Assembly: GCA_010909165.1 (NCBI GenBank)
Contig: VJWM01000063.1
Location: 62,001 to 126,000 of the forward strand
From: Anthoceros angustus
Lineage: Eukaryota; Plantae; Anthocerotophyta
Reading direction: 5' to 3'
DNA: 64,000 nucleotides
Both the position numbers and the translations under genes were made by a program. Below are positions 12,001 through 19,327 of this stretch, one piece after another. The first letter of the stretch is position 1; every line of letters starts with the position of its first letter. The notes below the pieces were generated by a model. It was not told the origin of the DNA. It saw only the letters and a program-made list of their open reading frames with translations, and searched no databases.

Positions 12001-13858
12001 CGCCAGGTTTTTGACAGCTTGGCCACAAAGGATGTGGTGACATGGAATGCCCTGATAGCTGGGTATGCACAGCAAGGACTCGGCCAAGAGGCGCTTCTTC
12101 TGTATGGACAAATGGAGCAGGAGGGCCTGATTTTGGCTGACCATGTTACTTTTGCTTGCCTTCTGAAGGCCTGTGCAAGCACTGGTGCCTTACAGATGGG
12201 CAGGCAGCTGCACTCACAGATTGTGAAGGACTGCTGGATAATGTAGTGTTGGGCAACTGCCTGGTGGACATGTATGCAAAATGTGGTGAACTGGAAGATG
12301 CACGCAGGTTTTGACAGCTTGGCCAAAGGATGTGCTGACATGGAATACTCTGATATCTGGGTATGCACAGCATGGACGCGGCCAAGAGGCACTTGTTCTT
12401 TACGGACAAATGGAGCAAGAAGTACTCATTTTAGCTGACCATGTTACTTTTGCTTGCCTCCTAAAGGCCTGTGCAGGCACTGGTGCCTTACAGAAGGGCA
12501 GGCAGCTGCACTCACAGATTGTCGAAAGGAGACTGCTAGATAATGTAGTGTTGGGCAACTGCCTGGTGGACATGTATGCAAAATGTGGTGAACTGGAAGA
12601 TGCACGCTAGGTTTTTGACAGCTTGGTGACAAAGGATGTGGTGACGTGGAATGCCCTGATAGCTGGGTATGCACAGAAAGGACTTGGCCAAGAGGCACTT
12701 GTTCTGTATGGACAAATGGAGCAGGAGGGCCTGATTTTGGCTAGCCATGTTACTTTTGCTTGCCTTCTGAAGGCCTGTGCAAGCACTGGTGCCTTACAGA
12801 AGGGCAGCCAGCTGCACTCACAGATTGTTGAAAGAGGACTGCTGGATAATGTAGTGTTGGGCAATTCCCTCGTGGACATGTATGCAAAATGTGGCAAACT
12901 GGAAGCTGCACGCCGGGTTTTTGACAGCTTGGCCACAAAGGATGTGGTGACATGGAATGCCCTGATAGCTGGGTATGGTGCTAACGATGATGGTCACCAA
13001 GCCCTAGTTTGTTTTGAGGAGATGTTAGTTGCCGGTATTCAGCCTGATGATGCTACTTTTACTTGCCTTCTAGCAGCATGCAGTCATGAGGGATTGGTCC
13101 ACAAGGGTCGCAATCTGTTTGATTCCATGGCTGAACAGCATGGCATCAAACCTACCGTTGAGCATTACAATTGCATGATTGATCTTCTTGGGCGTGCAGG
13201 CCACTTAGATGAGGCAAAGAAGATGCTATTATCATGTGAGAGCCAAAATAACGTTGTGGGCCTGACGACTTTGTTGAATGCCTGCAAAAGTCACGGGGAT
13301 ATAGAGAGGGCGTCGTGGTGTTTTGAAAGCATTGTAAGGCTGGAGCCCCAGGAGGCGCCAGCATATGTGCTCATGGCGAATGCCTACGCAGATGCAGGTA
13401 GGTGGGCCGATGTGGACAGGATTGAAACACAGAGAAGGGCAGCAGGAGCTAACAAGAAACCTGCAATGGCGAGCATTGAGGTGAATAAGCAGATACATCG
13501 ATTTCTGGTGGGTGAAAGGAGAGAGGATATTGCGGTTAAGGTAGAGAGCACAAATGCACGCATGACGCAGGAAGGAGGCCACGTACCCCAAACGAAATTG
13601 GTGTTGAAGCCGCTAGGTGAGAAGGAAAAGGAAGATGCGCTATGTGGGCATGCTGAGAAGCTAGCTTTGGCGTTCGGTCTCTTGAACACGCCGAGTGGCA
13701 CACCTCTGGTGGTAACCAAGAATCTGCGTATGTGCCTTGACTGCCACAGTTCCACAGAGGTCATGTCAAGGCTTGAACGGAGAGACATTGTTGTAAGGGA
13801 TGGGTACCGTGTGCATCGATTCGCAGCTGGTTCTTGCAGTTGTAAGGGTCGACCGTGA
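9100..13858 (+). CDS. PPR copy C: PDF + greatly expanded PLS array + E1/E2 + DYW:KP(GRP); heavily frameshifted as assembled (possible pseudogene or assembly error)
   Basis: MATAWQPD at 9100, PDF motif 9322-9474, many indels from about 9880 to 12300, in-frame TAG at 12608. Clean C-terminal ORF 12623-13858 with KKPAMASIEV, HAEKLA, CLDCH, CSCKGRP. Confidence 0.85.
9322..9474 (+). other. OSB-type PDF motif in copy C
   Basis: LWQQFFLDPSMWWDNRRDKKSSRSPDFRRKGSGEVLWLNSMLKPAWVDEQL. Confidence 0.85.
10080..12960 (+). repeat. Tandem array of about 10 near-identical ~300-bp P-L-S triplets
   Basis: The anchor gacatgtatgcaaaatgtgg recurs near 10100, 10480, 10780, 11070, 11370, 11670, 11965, 12270, 12570 and 12875, plus a short internal re-duplication at about 10190-10270. 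Confidence 0.9.
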
Positions 13859-14686
13859 GAATAATGTAGTCCTCAAGTGTGGTCCTGTCCTACATGATTT
13901 TGTGTTGCGAGCAGGCTTGTGATGAGGGCAAGTGCGTGGGCAACGGGCATCACCATCGTGTGGGAAATGGGGCAGCATAACCTAATATTGCTCTCAATGG
14001 TTTTTGAGAGTTCTGATCAAAAGAAGGTAGTACATCCTAGTGCACTGTACAAAGTGAGCAAACTAACATACTTCTGCTTGTATGTTTCTGAGGGTCTAGA
14101 GCATGCAAACGCTTGGAGAGCCTGCCCAATCAGGTATTGCTGTCAGGGTCTCAACCAAACAACGAGATTGACTCAGCCTTTTAGAACCAAGCATTTGTCA
14201 AGCTCTGCCAGAATGCCACCACATCCGTATCACATGTGCATATAAATGGACGTCCATGCTCACTCCTAGAGTACTGTATTCTGCCATTTTCATCCACTTA
14301 TCATGTGTATGCTATGTGAGAGCACCTCCTTGCCCTGTGTTACGAGCTTCGAAAAAGTTGACATCCACATCGTGAGTCTGCAGGCAGCTCACAAGATTTG
14401 GGAGACTTTCAGCGCATGTCTTATCAGCTCATAGAGACCTAGTACAAGATTATGGCATTGTGTCATTTCACTCAACATGCCCTCAAGGCAAACATCAAAT
14501 CAGGTGCGTGGACTCCGTCCATGTAGGCCCGGGATACCATATTCTCCTCTGCCAGCTTCGCCTTGCTGTTGCTCGACCCGCGTGTTTCATTTCTTTACGA
14601 TGGCGCTGCACTGCGCTTTGTTAGAGTGATTTAGTCATGCACATCACGTAAGCATGCTGCTACTGTCCGAGAGCGCTGCCTGCACG

Positions 14687-17433
14687 ATGGCCACTCTATG
14701 GCAACCGGATTCGTCCTGGACCACAAAACTTGGTGGGTGTACAGGGATTCTACAAGGAGCTCCTGAAGAACACACAGTAGGAATTCAAGGTCTGGCAATC
14801 AACAATGTCTCCAGGTGCAGCAGTGTAAGGAATCCACCACTTCGGAGAGAATCGATGGCTGGGAAAGGATTTCCCAGCAACGGCGGTCGCCAGGAGCAGG
14901 AGGAGGATCAGGAGCTGTTGTGGCGACAATTCTTTCTGGACCCTGCCATGTGGTGGGATAACAGGCGAGGTAAGAAGGGTTCCCGTTCGCCTGACTTCTG
15001 GCGTAAGGGCTCCGGTGAGGTCCTCTGGTTAAACAGCATGTTCAAGCCAGCTTGGGTGGATGAGCAGCTCGTTTCCTTGGATATGCAGATGGGTCATGGC
15101 GCCTCGCCTTCCAAGTCGAGCTCTCCGGATAAGCCTGAGCCTGGCAGGCGTGCAGGAACGGGAATGGGCGTCGTAACGGCTGCAAATGTGAGGACCTTGT
15201 GTCAGCAGGGGAAGCTTAGTGAGGCCGTTGAAGCGCTGCAATCTTTGGCGCAGACAGACTCTGGTATTTCTCGGTCTCTGCTGTATACTGTGCTCAAACT
15301 GTGTGCTGCTAAGAAGGATCTGGTGGTGGGGCGACGAGTTCATGATCTCACTGTCAAACTTGGGTACGAGTCAAATACATATTTGGGGAACCATATCTTG
15401 CGCATGTATGCGGGTGGAGGTAGGCTACAAGAGGCCATGGATGTGTTCACCAGCGTGAGGAAACCAGATGCTTTTATGTGGTTTTCCATAATCTCCGCAC
15501 ATGCTAAACATGGGAGACCGAATGAGGCTATACAATTGTACCATGAGATGCGGAGCTCAGGTCTGAAGGCGGATGCCCACGTCTTTGTAGCAGCACTTCA
15601 AGCTTGTGCATTGGCTGCGGACTTGGAATCTGGCAGGAAAGTGCACTGTGATGTGCTTGACAGTGCCATTGTTCCGAACTTGTTTGTTGGAAACTGCCTG
15701 GTGGACATGTATGCAAAATGTGGGGAACTTAAAGATGCACGCAGGGTTTTTGACAGCTTGGCCATAAAGGATGTGGTGACATGGACGTCCCTGATAGCTG
15801 GGTATGCAAATCATGGGCTCGCCCAAGACGCCCTTGCTCTGTATGAAAAAATGGAGCAGGAAGGCCTGATTGTGGCTGACCATGTTACTTTTGTTTGCCT
15901 TCTGAAGGCCTGCACAAGCGCTGGTGCGTTACAGAAGGGCAGGCAGCTGCACAAACAGATGGTGCAAAGAGCGCAGCTAGATAACATTCTTGTGGGGAAC
16001 TGCCTGGTGGACATGTATGCCAAGTGTGGTGAACTGGAAGATGCACGTAGGGTTTTTGACAGCTTGGCCTCAAAGGATGTGGTGACATGGAATGCCCTGA
16101 TTGCTGGGTATGCACAGCAAGGGCTTGGCCAAGAGGCGCTTGTACTGTATGGACAAATGGAGCAGCAGGGCCTTATTGTGGCTGATCATGTGACTTTTGC
16201 TTGCCTTCTGAAGGTGTGTGCAAGCGCTGGTGCCTTACAGAAGGGAAGGCAGCTGCACTCACAGATTGTGGAAAGGGGAAAGCTAGATAGCATACTTGTG
16301 GGCACTTGCTTGGTGGACATGTATGCAAAGTGTGGCAAACTGGAAGAAGCACGCTGTGTCTTTGACAGCTTGGCTGCAAAGGATGTGGTGACTTGGACAG
16401 CCCTGATAGCTGGGTGTGGTTCTTGTGATGAAGGTCACAAAGCACTAGCCTGTTTTGAGGAGATGTTAGTCGCAGGTATTCAGCCCAATGATACCACATT
16501 CACTTGCGTTTTAGGAGCATGCAGTCATGAGGGACTGGTGGATGAGGGTCGCAGACACTTTGATTCCATGTTGGAAAAGCATGGCGTCAAGCCTACTGTT
16601 GAACATCACAATTGCATGATTGATCTTCTGGGGCGTGCAGGCCATTTAGATGAGGCAGAGAAGATACTCCTATCGAGTGAGAGCCAAAGCAATGCTGTGG
16701 GGCTGACGTCTTTGCTGAATGCCTGCAAAAGCCATGGGGATATAGAGAGAGCAAAGCGGTGTTTTGAAAGTCTGGTTAGACTGGAGCCTCAATGTGCATC
16801 CGCTTATGTGCTCATGGCCAATGCCTATGCAGATGCAGGTAGGTGGACTGATGTGGACAGGATTGAATCACAGAGAATGGTAGCAGGAGCTAACAAGAAA
16901 CCTGCAGTGGCAGGCATTGAGGAGCAAGTGCATCCGCTTATGTGCTCATGGCCAATGCCTATGCAGATGCAGGTAGGTGGACTGATGTGGACAGGATTGA
17001 ATCACAGAGAATGGTAGCAGGAGCTAACAAGAAACCTGCAGTGGCAGGCATTGAGGTAAAGGAGCAAGTGCATACATTTGTGGTGGGAGACAGCAGAGAT
17101 GATGTTGCTCTGATGGTAGAGAGCACGAATGCACGTCTGAAGCAGGAAGGAGGCCACGTACCACAAACAAAGTTGGTGTTGAAGCCACTGTCTGAGAAGG
17201 AAAAGGAAGATATGCTTTGCGGGCATGCTGAGAAGCTAGCTCTGGCGTTTGGTCTATTGAACACACCGAGCGGCACACCTTTGGTGGTAACGAAGAATCT
17301 ACGCATGTGCAGTGACTGCCACAGTTCCACAGAGATCATGTCAAGGGTTGAGAATAGAGACATTGTTGTAAGGGATGGGTACCGTGTGCATCGATTTGCA
17401 GCTGGTTGTTGCAGTTGTAAGGGCCGACCGTGA
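14687..17433 (+). CDS. PPR copy D: PDF + PLS-PPR + E1/E2 + DYW:KP(GRP); clean except for a 134-bp duplication or candidate intron (870 aa if spliced)
   Basis: MATLWQPD at 14687 (upstream in-frame ATG at 14654), PDF motif 14918-15070, uninterrupted PLS array. ORF 16942-17433 carries KKPAVAGIEV, HAEKLA, CSDCH, CSCKGRP. Confidence 0.92.
14918..15070 (+). other. OSB-type PDF motif in copy D
   Basis: LWRQFFLDPAMWWDNRRGKKGSRSPDFWRKGSGEVLWLNSMFKPAWVDEQL. Confidence 0.85.
16794..17056 (+). repeat. 134-bp-period tandem duplication of the E2/KP-coding segment; candidate GT-AG intron 16839-16972
   Basis: gtgcatccgcttatgtgctc...gcaggcattgagg occurs at 16794 and again at 16928. Donor CAG|GTAGGT at 16839, acceptor TGCAG|G at 16972. 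Confidence 0.9.
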
Positions 17434-18099
17434 GAATGAAGAAGAATGAAAAACTCCTGAGGTGGAACATTGAAAGTAGCCGACAGGACGAAGAAAATAC
17501 CAGAGCTGGCCTTCACTTTTGTTACAGTCGTTTTGCGAGGACAACTCCAGTAGCAAAGCTGGACTGGGTAGATGACACAACATTCTGTTGGCACACTGCA
17601 CATTCTTTAGCTGCGCGGGGTAGGTGCCCCTTTCCTGTTTGGTGTTCTCCTGCAGACCTTGGAGTCCAAGCTTCGCAGGTCAACCTTCCTTCCAGCAGAA
17701 TTTACAACAGCAGCAGTCTGATGAGAGTATTGACAGGATTTTTGCTTTCTGTGCTCCCTGAATGATTTGCTTGCCAGGTAAAGCGTTGGCACATGCACAC
17801 TGCCGACATAAACTCGTTACGGAATCCAGTCTTTCCCATCAAGTCATCTTTCACCTTCTTGGCTGCAGCCTCTTTGTGAACCTGGCTTTATTTTAGCCCG
17901 TTCAAACCGTGGACGTTTTCTCTCAACGCGTTCCAGGAGCGTTCTGACAGGAGACCTCCTCGGGCCTGTGAGCACTGTGGTCGAACTTGCTCTAAATCAG
18001 GCCGATTTGAATGGATCCATCCTGCGTCTGGCATCACAGAAGGGATCAATGAGGATGGGGAGGCAGGCCTGGCAGACTCTCTGTCCGGAATGCTGAATG

Positions 18100-18470
18100 C
18101 TGCGCATCAACGCTTGTATGCAGCGCCTTGAGACACTCCGTATGCTCTGAAGCACGGCCTGGAAGAGTTGCGCCACAACTCCACCATCTATGAAGTTCGG
18201 TTCTAAGTGTAGTGCTGTGATGAGGATGTGTGGATGCGCCCTGTCCCGTTTCTTCAGCAATTCACAGCATTGCGTATCCTGGGTTTGGAGGATGTCCGTG
18301 CCCCTCTTTCAAGAAAGCGTTGCTGAGATCCTTGGAGGACAACGCATATATCAATGAGCTCTCCATTATTAATAGCTGGGACCACCTGGACAATGACATG
18401 TTTGCAGACTTGATGCACTCTCTTCAATTCAACATGACACTGTGGAAGATCACCATGTCCAGCACTGGCT
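18100..18470 (+). pseudogene. Degenerate RI-like leucine-rich-repeat fragment
   Basis: LEELRHNSTIYEV and LLRSLEDNAYINELSI...LMHSLQFNMTLWKIT resemble the L..N.TL..L spacing; stops and frameshifts present. Confidence 0.3.
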
Positions 18471-19327
18471 TCCCTCGTGTGTAGCCTGTGTATGTGTAGC
18501 CTTGAGCGCGAGATCCCCTTTCATTAAAGATAAAAAAGGTGGGAACGGGAAGGAAAGGGCACAATCATCGACCGAGCCTTGGCTCGTAATGCTGTACACA
18601 AGAGACTTAGTTGCCTCTGCTCCTGGACGGGAAGAAACCTGTGATGCCCAAGGCCGGGCTGCTCTTTCTGTGCACAGGGAAGACCACTTTTCGCACCATG
18701 ATGATTCGCGCATGAAAATGATGAACAGACGCATTACCCTTCTTCCACCTCGGCCAAGTTGGACTGAAGGAAATACTGTCCTCTGCATGCACATGGGACA
18801 TTATTTCCATGTGTTTCGGCACCGAAAGCATTGCGTTGCGTTCCTCTGGTTGGATGATTCCTAGATCTTATGCATACAGGATGTATGTTCCATCTTCCCG
18901 ACTAGCCAAGGCTGGGATAGGATGTCCCTCATTGAAATCGCGTCTGAGGCCCCTGCCTTCATGTCACAATTACAGTAGGCGGAAGATCGCTCACAGCACC
19001 TAGTGCCAAAGTCCCATAGGACCAGGCTTTGAACACCTACATCCTTCAGATATTTGCTGAATCGATGGACATGGATTGTCTGTTTCTTAAGCCCAATTGG
19101 CTGGATAATTTTGCCTTCCTGGACATAGATTTCGCATCGTGCTCCAGCTGCCTTGAGCTTACAATCACCTGATGGGTGAAGCACATTTCCAGTTGTGGAG
19201 ACAGTTTTCTGACACCAATGTTGAGAGCAAACAGGCATCCCAGGCAGAGCTCCTGCTCAACTGAGCAGTTTTCTGGGCACAGCAATGGTGAGAGCAAACA
19301 GGCATTTCAGGGAGAGCTCCCTCTCAA

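Noticed and set aside
10080-12960. Regularly spaced repeats suggestive of a CRISPR array
   Set aside because: The units are ~300-bp protein-coding PLS triplets without unique spacers, in a eukaryotic context with no cas genes.
2798-17603. Many minus-strand and alternate-frame ORFs over the PPR genes (e.g. MPTKRIFLFLLRQW, MAKLSKTLRASSSS)
   Set aside because: They are antisense or frame shadows of the repeated PPR/DYW coding sequence and recur only because the genes are duplicated.
17430-18000. Short ORFs downstream of copy D
   Set aside because: No recognisable homology or structure.
19020-19130. Possible second PDF-motif tail (DCLFLKPNWLDNF) upstream of copy E
   Set aside because: The similarity is too short and is bounded by stops, so it cannot be distinguished from chance by eye.
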